DNA from: Octopus vulgaris | Taxonomy: Eukaryota | Reading direction: 5' to 3' | Length of the DNA: 64,000 bases | NCBI GenBank assembly: GCA_951406725.2 | Contig: OX597824.1 | Location: forward strand, 39,308,001-39,372,000 | In this document: piece after piece, positions 27,787 through 40,992 of the stretch | Numbering within the stretch: the stretch's first letter is position 1 | Layout: each line of letters begins with the position of its first letter | Translations under genes and position numbers: made by a program | The notes under the pieces: model-generated | The model's input: only the letters and a program-made list of their open reading frames with translations | The model's database searches: none | Told to the model about the DNA's origin: nothing

Positions 27787-28922
27787 CAGGATGCGTAAGT
27801 TATTTGAGGTCAAATTTATGTTTATAAAAAAAAGATATATAATAACAGATAATTTTATTTATCTCAAAATGCAATGAGGACAAAAATAAATATTCTTTTC
27901 TATAATGTTATTCAATAAAGCCACCTTCAGCTAAATCCTCTACATGCTCGAATCATGTGGGCCTGGTTCATTTTGGACATTACACTGACTATGGCAACTT
28001 TCACAGAATTTTTGGTGTTGTGGGGTTATGTGATCAGGAAAATTTTCAGCCATCCATTCCTGTGTTACAAGAGCCATGTGGGATAGTGCGGAGTCTTACT
28101 GAAACACATTTGGCCTTCCATTGCATATACTGTCTATCCAGGGTTTAATTATTTCCAGGACCTCAATGAAAGTGGTAGAGTTAACTTTAAGGCCTTGTGG
28201 AAAGAAATATGGTGGCATCACATGTCCTTCATTGCTGACGACACCTAAAATCATGACAGTGGCAGGAAGTTTCGCATGCATAACACTTGGAACTTCAGAA
28301 GGGTCTGCACATACCATCTGTCATTTCTTCTTTTAACTTTTTGATCTTGGCCGAAGTTTTTCGCGTTTGAGAAAAACCAAATCAATCTTCTGCTGGATTT
28401 TCCAGATTGCCTTTTAGAACTGATGTAGTTATTTTCTTTTGCTTTCTCTGACAAATTAACCTTTCCCCATCATATAAAGACTGATATCTGATGTCTTCGT
28501 GGACAACATTTCTGATTGCTCCTTCTGACACATGAAAATCTTTTGCAATTGACCTCATGCACTTTCTGGGATTGTAATCAATGGTCTGATGAACTTTCTG
28601 GATAAATTCAGGTGTTATGATTGTTTGAGAGCGCTTAGAATACTTTTTATGCTTTGATACTGGTGATACATTTCCATCTTCAGTCTCTAGCTCCTTACAA
28701 ACTTTGTAGACGAAAGATCTGGCAACTTTTAAAAATCGAGATATTTTTAAATCGCCATGCTCAGCCTATATAACCACAATAACATCATACCTCTTCCTTT
28801 CTTGAGTAAACTGAGAGTGCACCATTAGTATTTTCTGAAACAAAGAGTATAGAGTTAGGAAAAAATGCAGCAATAACCCCCCTCCCGCAAAATGTGTCCT
28901 CAAATACCTTACGCACACTCTA
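27787..28922 (-). mobile_element. Tc1/mariner transposon relic, maT/DD37D-like, with TIRs
   Basis: TIRs caggatgcgtaagttatttgagg / cctcaaataccttacgcac flanked by TA. Broken transposase includes HAKLPATVMILGVVSNEGHVMPPYFFPQGLKVNS..KPWIDSICNGRPNVFQ*DSA, homologous to 54419-55718. Confidence 0.88.
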
Positions 28923-29917
28923 TATGAGTGTGTATCTTCTCTTGTCACTGTGTGTCTTAATTTTTCTTTTTCTCTCCTCTCTCTCACTCCTCCCCCCTCT
29001 CTCTCACACTCGTCATGTGTCTCTAGCTATTTGTCTATCATTCTCGTTTTCACTGAGTGACTGCTTGGCTAGCTGACTGATCTGATCGCTTAGCTAGTGG
29101 CTGAAAGCTAGCTCTTGAATGATTGACTGGTCTCTGGAATGTCTAACTGCCTAGAAGACCGTCAGAGCTACTGACCGAACGATAGCAGGCCAAACAGCCA
29201 ATCATATTTATCTATCACTATCTATCTCTACCCCTCACGCCGGACAATAAATGTATTTATGTCGATCTCACAATCAGTGACTCTTTCAATGTCTCGCTCT
29301 ACTTCTCGCCTTCTCTTTTCATCGTTCCCTCGTATAACTCTATATCTATTTGCTCTCATTCTCTCCCCCCCTCTCTCTCTCTCTCTCTCACTTCCTCACT
29401 GTCTTCCCTTTCGACCATCTTTATAAACAACCTTCCATTTATATCAATTACTTACCTATTCAATCTCAATACATTCCGGCAGATTCGAACCCGAATTTTC
29501 TGATCGCTCTTGTATTTCGCCATTGGAGAATATTTTCCCTTTAGAGACGATGTGTTTAAAATACACGCGATTCGCCACTGTAAAGGGACTTTGAGACACT
29601 CCGGTGTTTTGACCTTATTGTGTGTCTCTTCAGTCGAAGAAGAGTCTATTCTTACCTACAATAGCTACAATGGTTTTCTTCCATCTTCTTACTCTATTAA
29701 AGTATTTGAGGAAAATATTAATGTGTCCAGCTGATTAAAACTCTATTAATTTTGTGCAAATGATGAAAGCTCTGCATTTAAACTAAAGTAATTACTGTAT
29801 TGTTCAATTAAATGGAGTCGATTGAAACGGTCGTACTACATCATTTCTTGATATCCCGTGGCTTATTTTGATTATATGTGTGTGTGTGTGTATAGATACA
29901 AATATATGTATATATAT

Positions 29918-29950
<33 letters not shown>

Positions 29951-30031
29951 CAAACGCATATATATATATATATACATACATATGCATACATATATGCATA
30001 TGTATATGTATATGTGTGTGTGAGTGTGTGC

Positions 30032-30074
<43 letters not shown>

Positions 30075-30134
30075 TAAATAGATAGAGAGATAGAGAGATA
30101 AATATATATCTATATATCTATATATAGATAGATT

Positions 30135-30215
<81 letters not shown>

Positions 30216-31111
30216 CGGTAAGGATAACATAGAGAAAAAAAAGACTGCGGAGGACTGAAAAAAAGTAAAACATACGAATATATAATGTTAAATTCACTGC
30301 AATTAACCAAGTTTAGTCTTTTTAGGAGGCAAATGTATATTGAACGTGTGGCCAACTGGGTATTCAACATCATTTAGTTTTTCTGCCATTGTTCCGAGGC
30401 AAGTCTTCTGAATGCAGTACATCTTAAATGGATGTTTAAATATTTAAACTTTTCTTCGAGGAATAACGAAATGAAATATTGTATTACACGGTTTTAAATC
30501 AAAGAAAGAATAGATATTTTATTTTCCTTTACGCCAATATATGACACATCCGCCAACACAAGCGTTTAAATCTCCCAACACAAACACAAACAAACACATG
30601 CACTCACAGAGACTCGCACACACACACACACACACACACAAACAAAAGGAAACCTCGGACACGCGCAGGCACATATGTATTTCTTTATGCATAAAACGGT
30701 ATGTGGGGGTGAGAGAGTATTATTTACATTTTATAGATACTTTCCTCTACAAAACACGTATGTGCGGGTGTTTATGTGCGTGTGTATTTGTTTGTGTACG
30801 TGCTATGCTTACATTTACAAACACATTCATATATATATATATATAATATTAATAAATAAAACATATGCATACATACATACATATATGTACATACGTACAT
30901 CTATATATATATATACATGCATATATGAGTACAGGACACCACAAATAAACGCAGAACACAACGAGAAACGAAAGCATAAAATCAAACAAGGAAACGGACT
31001 TTTTTTAACAACGTAAAAACAGAGTACAAGACAAACAATACAAGGAACATTCCCCTTCTTCAGCTGCCTCTGTTTCGACTCAATGCGTGTTATATATATA
31101 TACATACATGC

Positions 31112-31193
<82 letters not shown>

Positions 31194-31637
31194 GTGTATG
31201 CATAATGAGAGAATAACAGGGCAAGATAGGACAGAGATAGAGGGGAGTGAGAGAGAAAGAGAAAGAAAGGGACATAGATAAATAGACAGAAAATGACACA
31301 GAGAGACACTCAGAAATACAGACGGAGGAACATTGGAAAAAAGGCGGAATATAGCGACTCAAAACTTCAGTACAAGCACATTCACAAACACAATTCAAGA
31401 AAAATTTATAGATAACTTTAACAAATTCCACAAACTTTGGGATAAGTGAGATGCATCAATGCATATTTTCATATACAATCTCTGACACCTAAAACTACAC
31501 ATATATGCATACACGTGTGCACACAAACATACATCTATAGCTATGTATATGTACATGTACCACTGTGTTTGCGCGTGTGTGTATGTGTATGTGTGTGTTT
31601 ATGTATATCTGTATACAAACATACATATACACATGTG

Positions 31638-31679
<42 letters not shown>

Positions 31680-31821
31680 AGAGAAAGAGAGCGTCTGTGT
31701 TAGCCTTCGATACAAACTTTTCCAGTGCAGAAATATTCATGACTCTGGCTCAAATTTTGATGTGTCAGGTTTTGTTCTTTCGATTTGCTGGCCTACATGT
31801 GATAATATATATATACACACA

Positions 31822-32007
31822 CACGACGACTAATCAATACGTATCTGAACGGTTGCCATAGTAACGAAGCTAAAGCAAGCAGAATGAAGCCGCTTGGCAA
31901 AGATTCAACTTTAACTCATGCTGTGCATGCGCAGTAAGTTTTAACGTTCTAGCTCACTTCTGCTGTTTACAGCTCTGCTTAGAAGGAACGTGTGTAGCGT
32001 GCGATCC
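31822..32007 (+). mobile_element. Solo terminal fragment of the mariner-like element seen at 61846-62612
   Basis: gttgccatagtaac.aagctaaagca..gccgcttggcaaag..ctgtgcatgcgca.taagttttaa..ctcacttctgctgtttacagc matches both ends of 61846-62612. Confidence 0.75.
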
Positions 32008-32949
32008 TTTTTTGTCCCCTCTATATATTTAGCCCCCTGTGGGCAATAGCGAAATAAATTTGGTGGTAGACCTAGTAAGGCTGGGCCCCGCGTAAGGGTT
32101 AATATAATTAAACAATTTATTGATATGAACAATCTAACTTTTTATGATAACAATCTAACTTCTTATAATACATACTAAGTAAGATTTAAAGAAGTGTGTT
32201 GGGACATGGAGTCTGTAACCATGGTAGTAATTAGCAAGTATTTAAATTTTTTATTTTTAATCGCTTAAATGTTTGAGGTTTTATGCTTTTTCCCTATCGT
32301 GAACCTATGGGGAAGAATTTACTTAGGGACGTGTAGACTTTTACTTGTTCGTCCATTATTACCACTACTTGAAATTTTACTGGTTATCTAGGATGTAAGA
32401 TTAAGCACTAGTTTTGTAGGTAACTCCCACTAGCATGCATCTCTTATACTAATTGTCTCCTCTTAACTATAAAAAAGTTACAACCGTTTGACTGATAGCA
32501 TTTATCTATTTATTTTATTTTCATTTATGTTACGTTGAGAAGTTGCGGAAGGCCAGAAGCGGCATCGTGCCACTTATATCACAGTCTTCTCCCCCGCACC
32601 CTTTATTTACTGGTTCGTTTCTTCTTCATTTACATATCCCCTGTAACGGTCTTAACTTTTGCTCTTGGTTCAAATATAATTGACCAATTCTAGGGATGAA
32701 TAGACTTTGGTCAATTCTGTTGTGGACAACAAATATTCTCTATAATATTTCAGTAAGTACACCACTATAATAACCCTACGGTTTTGTTTTGGGCTAAATA
32801 TTAATTAGCCCTATTTACAATATCATAAATACTATTCTTTTTCTAGACATATTGGTAGTTCTTGTCTTATTTTAGTACTAGCTTCGTTTCACTATTATTC
32901 AAACACCTTAGTTCCTCTTTATATAGAAATAACACGTAAATATTTCCCT

Positions 32950-33457
32950 AGACTCTTTCGCCTATCGACTTCAAGCCCCATGCTGCAGCATGGCATGATT
33001 TTAATATATTAAGCCTTCTGTTCTCTTCTCGAGGCCCTGTTCCTTCCTTTTCCCTCTTCTCTTCGTTCATTTTATTATACGCGTTTCTATTTACTCTGAT
33101 GAAGCTCCACGTACTGAATTGAATTTCTTTCGTAAACACCGATTAATATTGAAAGCAGAAACAGCCATAAGAAAAGTTATGTCATGTTTTGTATTAAAAA
33201 AATAATCAACCGATGTGGTCCAATTTGTTTGATTGATGATCAAAAGTTTTCTCCATTTTCTGATTAGCCACCATGATCGACCCCTAGCCACTAAAGCTTT
33301 CTTATTCTCTCTCTGTTTATTTGCTCGAGTTCCAGTCTGTTGAAGAGCGTAGGTTCGAAACAAAAGACTTTCTCACCTCCCCGAGCGTTAAACTAATACA
33401 CCTGTGTGTTGATTATACACCTGTCTTCGTCTTTTCTTTTTTTTTGTAAATTCCAAA
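32950..33457 (+). mobile_element. Composite of two pLTR-like pieces, each with a hammerhead-like motif, ending in (TA)n
   Basis: CTGATGA-a-gct..agc-a-GAAA-cagcca-TA at 33096-33169 and CTGTTGA-a-gagc-gtag-gttc-GAAA at 33337-33360. 33270-33457 is homologous to 53005-53187 (-). Confidence 0.55.
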
Positions 33458-33491
33458 TATATATATATATATATATATATCATACACACAC

Positions 33492-33542
<51 letters not shown>

Positions 33543-33553
33543 CACACACACAC

Positions 33554-33602
<49 letters not shown>

Positions 33603-34792
33603 ATGTATCTATAATGTATGTATGTATGTATGTATGTATGTATTTATGTATATTTATATGTCCCCTTTGGATTTAAGTTTTTTTCTATGGTAGAATCCAA
33701 GTCAGTCACTAAGTAGGTTACGAAGTACTTTTGATAAAATTAATACAGCTCTTGGTGTTTATAGTATATGTATGAATCGGTTAGCATATGTTTATTTCTA
33801 TGTGCGTATGTGTGTAAATTTCATGAATGCGTGCGTGCATTCAAACCAGGTATCTCACTTGGAGAATTTTGGAATTCTACATAAATCTTCGTTGTACCAC
33901 TAATTGATTGTATTTGGGGAAGGTGAATAAGTCTTGGTCTATCCATTCATTTACTTGCAGGATTCAATATTTCCGTATTTATTTTTTTTTTAATTAACAA
34001 CTGTTGTTACAAAGAAGTGAACATGTGTCAATAGGAACATATGAAAATCTATAGCTTACAATAAGCGATCTCAATTAATCATTAATTCTCCTTACATTTT
34101 ATCAGTTTTGTGTGTACAGTGAACAATAATTTACGAAACCGGTATGCCTTTTAACCTCTTTAACAATTCACAATAATGACTTCTTTTACATTTTTCCTAC
34201 CTCAGTTCATCTAATTGTATATATCTATCGTTACTTTTCATAAAAAGCCTTTACATTTTTTGATTTCCAATGTGCATTATCGGTTATTTTCTTACTTTTC
34301 CCCACTACATATATACATATATATCAATGTTTATTTTCTTGTCAAGTTATATTTAAAAATAAAATAACATTAAACTGAATGATCACCCGATGCTTTTTCG
34401 TTGACTATATCTCTGTTAACACCTACAAAGAGAAATATTGACAGTAATTTTGAAGTTTCAGCTTGCTCTAGCACTAACGCACATAGATGCTAACACACAT
34501 TGAAAACGTGCTCCGAAATTATGCCTATCTGCGTATTTTGAATAAAAACAGTAACGTACATTTATATATACAAGTTATTGAACGTAGTTATTGATATACA
34601 TATGGAGATAGGGTCTCCCTTCAACATACGTATGTGGTTGAAGCACCGTGTTCACATATGTTTCACTAACAGATATAGTGATACACACACAGAGTTATGC
34701 TACGCAGCCTTGTGCACGTATTTGTATATTCATATATTTGTGTGTATGTGAATAAATATGTATGCACAAATGTGTGTATGCATGTATGTTTG

Positions 34793-34867
<75 letters not shown>

Positions 34868-35571
34868 GTATATAAAGCTATATGTTCCTAAACAAGATAT
34901 TAACTTCTACATGAATTCTTATGCTCATTCAGTTATGCATACATCTACACAACGTCTTCCTCACAACCATTCTCTCAAACGCATATACGTCCGCACATAT
35001 ATACACAGATACATACACTTCCACACACACACAAATATACACACACACACACAAACAAATATACACACACACATGCTAACATAAACACACTAGTACCAGG
35101 ATGCCCTTGAGATAGATAACGCGAAGCTGCACACAACTCCTCATCTCAACTGAACCGTAGACCAACACTTAATTATTATACAAGTGGGCATAGAATTTCA
35201 TTGAAGACTGAACCTAAATATGATGGTGTCTTCTTCATCTCACTTCCGTTCTGTGCTGTTTGTTTTAGTTTATTGTTTTTAATGTTTTTAACGTTTTATT
35301 GTGGGTTTTTTTTTTCTTACTCGAGGCTTCTTTCAACCTCTCAACACAGTAGGATATTACTTCCGATTACATCTTACATTGAAAAAAAAACAAAAAAAAC
35401 TTTGGAAGTTGTTGTTGCTGTTGTTACTACTGCTGCTGTGCTGCTCTTGGCCAGCCCTGATCGAGCAGGTCTGTCTATCCTCAAAGGTATTCTAAATCTA
35501 GCAGTTATCTTCAAAGCTTTTTGTATTTTTCACAGTGTGCGCCAAGAAATAGTCATCCAAATGGATAACTG

Positions 35572-35659
35572 ATTTTATTTTAAGGCAGTGTGTAACTTAA
35601 TTTTATTTCATTTTAAGGCAGTGTGTAACTTTATTTTATTTTATTTTAAGGCAGTGTGT
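35572..35659. repeat. Three tandem copies of a 33-34 bp unit (attttaaggcagtgtgtaactt..)
   Basis: Directly visible. Confidence 0.9.
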
Positions 35660-36124
35660 TCTATTCCTAACATATCATGTAACTACATCGAACTCCTTTA
35701 TTTGAATTGTATTTTACTTTATAAACTGCTAACATGCTACTTACGCTGCCCATAATATTCAGTTGGGTTCATTTCTGATTCCTGTCAGTAATTCATTTTC
35801 CTTATATATTTTTTCTTTGCTGCGTAATTTCATTTCGTTTCCTTGCAGTTATTTCCATTCATTTTACTTCGAACTTTCTATTTCTTTTGTTTCTCTTTGT
35901 TTCTCTTCCTTGTCCTCCAATTTGCATCAACATTGATATTTTCTTGCGATAAACTTTGTCTTTCTGCAGTTTGAATTTCCCCAAATTATTTGTAGCTGAG
36001 AATATTGCCATCTAGTGGTATCAATAAGCACTTGTTTGAGAGTTTTCACCATGTCTGCCAAGTGTGAGATTAATTCCCATATCCTATCGCACACCCATTT
36101 CTAAATTTACTTAACTGAGATTTA

Positions 36125-36433
36125 TTTGTTGTTGTTTGTTCCTTCTCGAACCACGCCTGGCTCATTAGGGCCAGTTTCCCGGTTTCCTTGGCGTATAGGT
36201 TCCTCACCTGGACGGGACGCCAGTCCCTCGCAGGTGAGCTGCAAGATGCAGGAGGAAAGTGTGAGAGAAAGTTGTGGCGAAAGAGTCAGCAGAAGTTCGC
36301 CATTACCCTCTGACGGAGCCGCGTGGACCTTAGGTGTTTCACTCATAAACACACACATCGCCCAGTCTCAGATTCGAACCTGCGATCCCTCGACCGCGAG
36401 TCCGCAGCTCAAACCACTAGGCCACGTGCCTCT
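36125..36433 (-). mobile_element. Full-length tRNA-derived SINE with V-domain-like segment
   Basis: A box tggcctagtgg, B box ggttcgaatc, cctgcgagggactggcgtcccgtccagg (V-SINE-like), (AAC)n tail. 11-bp TSD actgagattta at 36114-36124 and 36434-36444. Confidence 0.88.
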
Positions 36434-38316
36434 ACTGAGATTTAGTTGTAGTTAATCTACTTTGTTGTTTCCAGATTTTGAGCTCTCACCACTACCTCTC
36501 TTACGTAAAGGTCATTGTTCAACCAATGCTTTTTCTCTTCAGTTTGCGTAGTGATGATTTGTTAAAATTTTGTCGCCGCCATGTTGAGTTATTATTTGCT
36601 ACAATATTCTCAAAGTCCCTGATACCAGTGCATGAAGATCATCTGTTGTACACCAGACTTCGCGGATGTATGGAGACGAAATACTCAATATCTCTTCCTG
36701 TTTTTCCCGCGCATTATGAAATTTTCGAATCCTAAAGTCTGAAACCTGATATTTGGTCAGCAATAACAATCATAGTAACCGGGTTGCAGACGGTGCGGCG
36801 AAAAGTTTGACACCAAATAATATATTTTTAAGTGAAGTTAACTGTTTATCTGTTTTTAATGGCTAAGCTGTGATGACTTCTACGCTTCAACATAATAATC
36901 ATTATTGTGCAGACGCGGAGAGAAAAATAGTGTAAGTGAAGGGACAGGTGAGAGTGGCGCTGTCGAGAGACACTTTTGACTTAAATGACGGAGGTATTTT
37001 GATACCTAGGGAGAGATATAATAAATTCATAGCGGGATTTGCAAAAAATGTAAAACTGGTGAAACGGTGTCTGCTGCATGAGAGTCCACCCGCCATAATG
37101 GAATATGAGAGACTAAAAAGAAAAATTCAATTGAATTTTTGTGATATTCATTTATGATAAAGGGAAAAATTGTCGAAATATAACCACTTGACTTCGGGGG
37201 TCGAGTGGGCATTGCGCCTCATTTATATTCTTTCATATTTTCATTCGTTTTGGGGTTTTTTTCCGTCTTAATTCATCTTTTTGTATTTTAAGTTCCCCGA
37301 TTTTATGTTTGTCACGTTTTGTATTGTCCCATTCTGTGTATAACCCCCTGTGAGTAATAAAAAATTCAACATAATAATCATTATTTCTAGTTGAATCACA
37401 AGGCCAGCAATGTTCAATGGTGGAGTATGGCAGATTACATCTACCTAAGTATTTGCCTGGAACTTTATCGATTTCTGAAGGATGAAAGAAAAAAGTGACC
37501 TCTGCGTGATTTGAATTCAGAACGCAAAGAACCGGAACATACATCTAATGCATTTGATCCGATGTTTTCGCGACTCGTGCCAATGCGCTCCTCTGTCCTA
37601 CATAATATTGCCTTCCTCCTTCTCCTCTTCCTCCTCATCCTCCTCCTCTTCTTCATCATCATCATCATCATCATCAACAACAGCAATAACAATAACAAAA
37701 ACAACAACACACTGTAGACAACATCAATAAATATTCAAAATCAGTGACAGGTAGAAAATGGTGCTTACGTAAATATTGATTTTTTTTTTTTTTTTGCTTG
37801 GGCAAAAGGCCTTGAATATGGGAGATAACTATGGTATATTATATTAGCCGCAGTATTTGACTTGTGCTTTATTTTATCGACCGTGGAAGGTCGAAATGCT
37901 TTCAGTACTTCGACTAACCTTCCGAATTACAATATAACGTCAGACCACGATCCTCGATTTCATATTACTACCCCTTTCTTTTCTCTACATACAAGCCTCC
38001 CTCATTAGAATATATCGTGACTCGACCAGACCAGAGTTGTCACCCATAAGCGAGTATGAATTGGATGTATGTACCTTGCTTTTGCTAATTCTTTTAGGTG
38101 CCCATGTAATCGCGAGCAGACATAAACACACTCTTGGCCCACTAATCGTCTATCGGAATATCGAGGATGTAACAGCTGGAGAAGGAGAGGGAAGGGAGAG
38201 TGAACTGAACCAGTACTCGACTGTGCAGTCGTCACCTCAGATGCAAGTACTAATAATTATCAGAGCTCGTAATCATTACTTGCAGAAATGTATTTTGTGT
38301 TACAACAGCAAATAAA

Positions 38317-38427
38317 TATGCCCACGGGCATATGGCGTAGTGGTTAAGAGCGCGGGCTACTAACCCCAAGATTCCGAGTTCGATTCCAAACAGTGTCCTG
38401 AACACTAACAACAACAACAACAACAAC

Positions 38428-38483
<56 letters not shown>

Positions 38484-38652
38484 CAACATCGAAAAATACC
38501 TTAGGAATGAGAACCCAGGTTCGAAATTTCCCCAAGACACCTGAAGAAGGCTGGAGGGTATATCAACCGAAATGTGTTAACAACAAACAAGATGAGGACA
38601 AATATCTGTCGAATGTAAATAATGTGCATAATTCGTCATCTCTTAAATATAG
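38317..38652 (+). mobile_element. Chimeric element: tRNA-derived head + (AAC/AAT)n + hammerhead-like tail, with TSD
   Basis: A box tggcgtagtgg 38333-38343, B box gagttcgattcc 38376-38387, microsatellite 38407-38487, acac-CTGAAGA-a-ggctg..caacc-GAAA-t-gtgt 38537-38577. TSD aacagcaaataaa / aacagaaaataaa (38304-38316, 38653-38665). Confidence 0.7.
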
Positions 38653-39004
38653 AACAGAAAATAAACAGTTTAATAAGTTCACGTTAGGCAGGAAGATGCA
38701 ACCAGTTTCGGACAAGGAAACTGATATGGATGGTGAGGGTAGAATCTTGTTTCAATGTCCTGCCTATGTAAGCTTATCATCGCTTATTCTCTTAAAGCTA
38801 TTCTATATTGTTTTCTGATTCTAGCACAAAGCAGTCTATTCTTATGACGCGGTCAAAGAAGTCGGAATCACGTAATCTGGTGGTCTCGGTGCTGGAAATA
38901 TCGGGGAGTTATCTCCCCGTTAGTGATATAAACAAGAGCGTATTTTGCATCATAAGCCAATATGAGATATTTTGGTCATGTTACCTACCGTAATATAGCT
39001 TGTA

Positions 39005-39278
39005 CTAACAGAACATTCACATGAAGATCCTGCCGAAAGTTAGGGAGAAGATCAGGCAAAGACTTGTAAATATCTGGTCACTGCATACACCACCATGAAC
39101 TGGATGCATCCAAATTAGTTCATGGGTAAGAAGAGGAAAACGTTATCACACTTACATCGACAACTTGATCTCAGACACTGATCTAAAATGCATCAAGGAA
39201 CTCGAAGCAGTAGTGTTGGAAAGAGAGGTGTGGTGGGTAGACTTTGTTTCTGCGGCTTGTGTTCGAACCTGGCTATAG
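39005..39278 (+). mobile_element. RTE-clade LINE 3' fragment, same family as 9652-10010
   Basis: Reads, across frameshifts, LPKVREKIRQR..SGHCIHHHELDASKLV..GKRYHTYIDNLISDTDLKCIKELEAVVLEREVW. Confidence 0.65.
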
Positions 39279-39597
39279 AAGAAATATTACCTCTGGGTAT
39301 TAATTCTTTTTCTGTCGCTAATATATATTCCATATGAAAGAGTTTAATACCAAGTGAAACAGAAAGGCACCCATATCTTACACCTCTACTGATATGGCGC
39401 TGCTAATGATAGGCAAATCGCAATGTTATTTTTATGTAGCTATTTCCTTGTCGCAAGAACAGTGATTGGTTGTAATTTATTTTCTGTAGCTATCTGTAGC
39501 AGACGAGTTTCCACCACTGAGGAAAAGCACAAATAGCTCCAAACCGTACGGGACCACCAGACCGTACGGGACCACATCGGCTATCATTGCATTTAGA

Positions 39598-40090
39598 CAT
39601 AATCAAGGATCGAGCTATGGTGCTTAGTAAAAGACAGCCTAAAAACTTGAAAACATTACTAACAAAGGCAAAATTTGACCTCAGCAACAAAGACCAAACA
39701 TTCACGGTATCTAAATGCAATGATAGCCGATGTGGCACATGCCAATTCATACATACCGGTCAATATATAAACACAAAAACCGGGAAAATATTCACAAACG
39801 CGAATATGAACTGCAAAAGCAGAAATTTAATTTACTGCATCAAATGCCCAAATTGTGAAGAAATATATGTAGGTCAGACGGGAAACGCACTATTAGAACG
39901 CTCACGTGTACACCGGCAACAGATTAGAGACCCAGAGGTCCGTCAGATACCTTTGAGTAACCACCTAGCAACATGTGGTCGGAAAATATATATAATATTC
40001 TACAAATTACACAGCCCAAGTGAAATCGAGAGGAAAATCAGAGAAAAGAATTTTATTGATAAATTCGAACCCAAGCTAAATAAGCAATAA
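39598..40090 (+). pseudogene. GIY-YIG endonuclease domain of a 5'-truncated Penelope-like element (Neptune-like)
   Basis: KRQPKNLKTLL..CNDSRCGTC (Zn-finger-like linker)..MNCKSRNLIYCIKCPNCEEIYVGQTG..R..HRQQI..H..C..RKIREKNFIDKFEPKLN. The RT domain is absent upstream. Confidence 0.9.
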
Positions 40091-40775
40091 TAATAATACT
40101 TAGAGGTATTACTTCCACTGCTACGACCATGACCACTAACAACAACAACAATACTAAAGGTGATCAAGATGAAGATAGCAGGAAAATTATCTTATTTAGG
40201 GTTAAAAGTTCTATTGCCACCACCATCACCACTAGCAACAATAATTAAGGTGCTGACAATGATGATGATGACAATTGAAATATAAAAATATAAAAATCTC
40301 TGACAAAGGATATTTACAACATTTCTAAAAATAACCCAACAATTGTTGCTTCGGCCAGGGTCAAGATACAGGACTCTTGACCTGTCCAACAAAGCGTGAT
40401 GCCTAAACCAATCAGCTCAACCAACCAATCAGCTTAAGTAATTGAGTGATACTACACACTGATTGGTCAGAATACAGTTTGCAAAACCTAGCACTCTGGA
40501 GCCTACCCAGCTGTATTTATAGCACAGAATCACTCATCTTGCTACAGTCAAAAATTGTGAAGCATGACTGTCAACACTACTACATGAACCCGAAGATTGC
40601 AGAATTCAATGCATGAAAGTACTAGTTCAATCAGAATGAATATTTAACATTCTACTATTTCATTTTATTTTATTCAATTATAATATATTATCTTATAATA
40701 TATCATTATAAGATTGTAAATAAAACGTGAAAATCAGACAAGGTTGGAATTCTTTTTATTAATATATTCTTCTAT
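40091..40775 (+). mobile_element. 3' UTR / pseudo-LTR of the Penelope-like element
   Basis: Follows the GIY-YIG stop. CCAAT at 40408 and 40425, ATTGG at 40462, TATTTATA at 40514, hammerhead-like motif 40585-40629, AATAAA near 40719. Ends next to (CA)/(TA)n. Confidence 0.65.
40585..40629 (+). ncRNA. Minimal type I hammerhead motif with U4C core mutation
   Basis: tgaac-CCGAAGA-t-tgca-gaattcaa-tgca-t-GAAA-gtac-TA-gttca. Stems I and II pair and loop III is palindromic. Confidence 0.7.
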
Positions 40776-40791
40776 ACACAATCACACACAC

Positions 40792-40832
<41 letters not shown>

Positions 40833-40834
40833 AT

Positions 40835-40992
40835 TGGCTTCTTTCAGTTTCCGCCTACCAAATCCACTCGCAAGGCTTTGATTGACCCGAGGCTATAGTA
40901 GAAGACACTTGACCAAGGTGCCACGCAGTGGGACTGAACCCGGAACCATGTGGTTGGTAAACAAGCTACTTACCACACAGCCACTCCTACGT
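40835..40992 (-). mobile_element. SINE family B 5' half
   Basis: Reverse complement of ggagtggctgtgtggtaagtagcttgtttaccaaccacatggttccgggttcagtcccactgcgtggcacc. Confidence 0.9.

Noticed and set aside
35700-36780. Decayed LINE around the V-like SINE
   Set aside because: Only an HPRS tetrapeptide hint, which is insufficient support.
36788-37170. Tc1-like TIR (cggtgcggcgaaaagtttgacacc) and ORF 36936-37157
   Set aside because: No matching second TIR or recognisable transposase motif.
38326-38400. Functional tRNA gene
   Set aside because: The T-stem pairs poorly, the anticodon would be ACT, and the head is fused to a repeat tail inside a TSD, so it is a SINE-like head.
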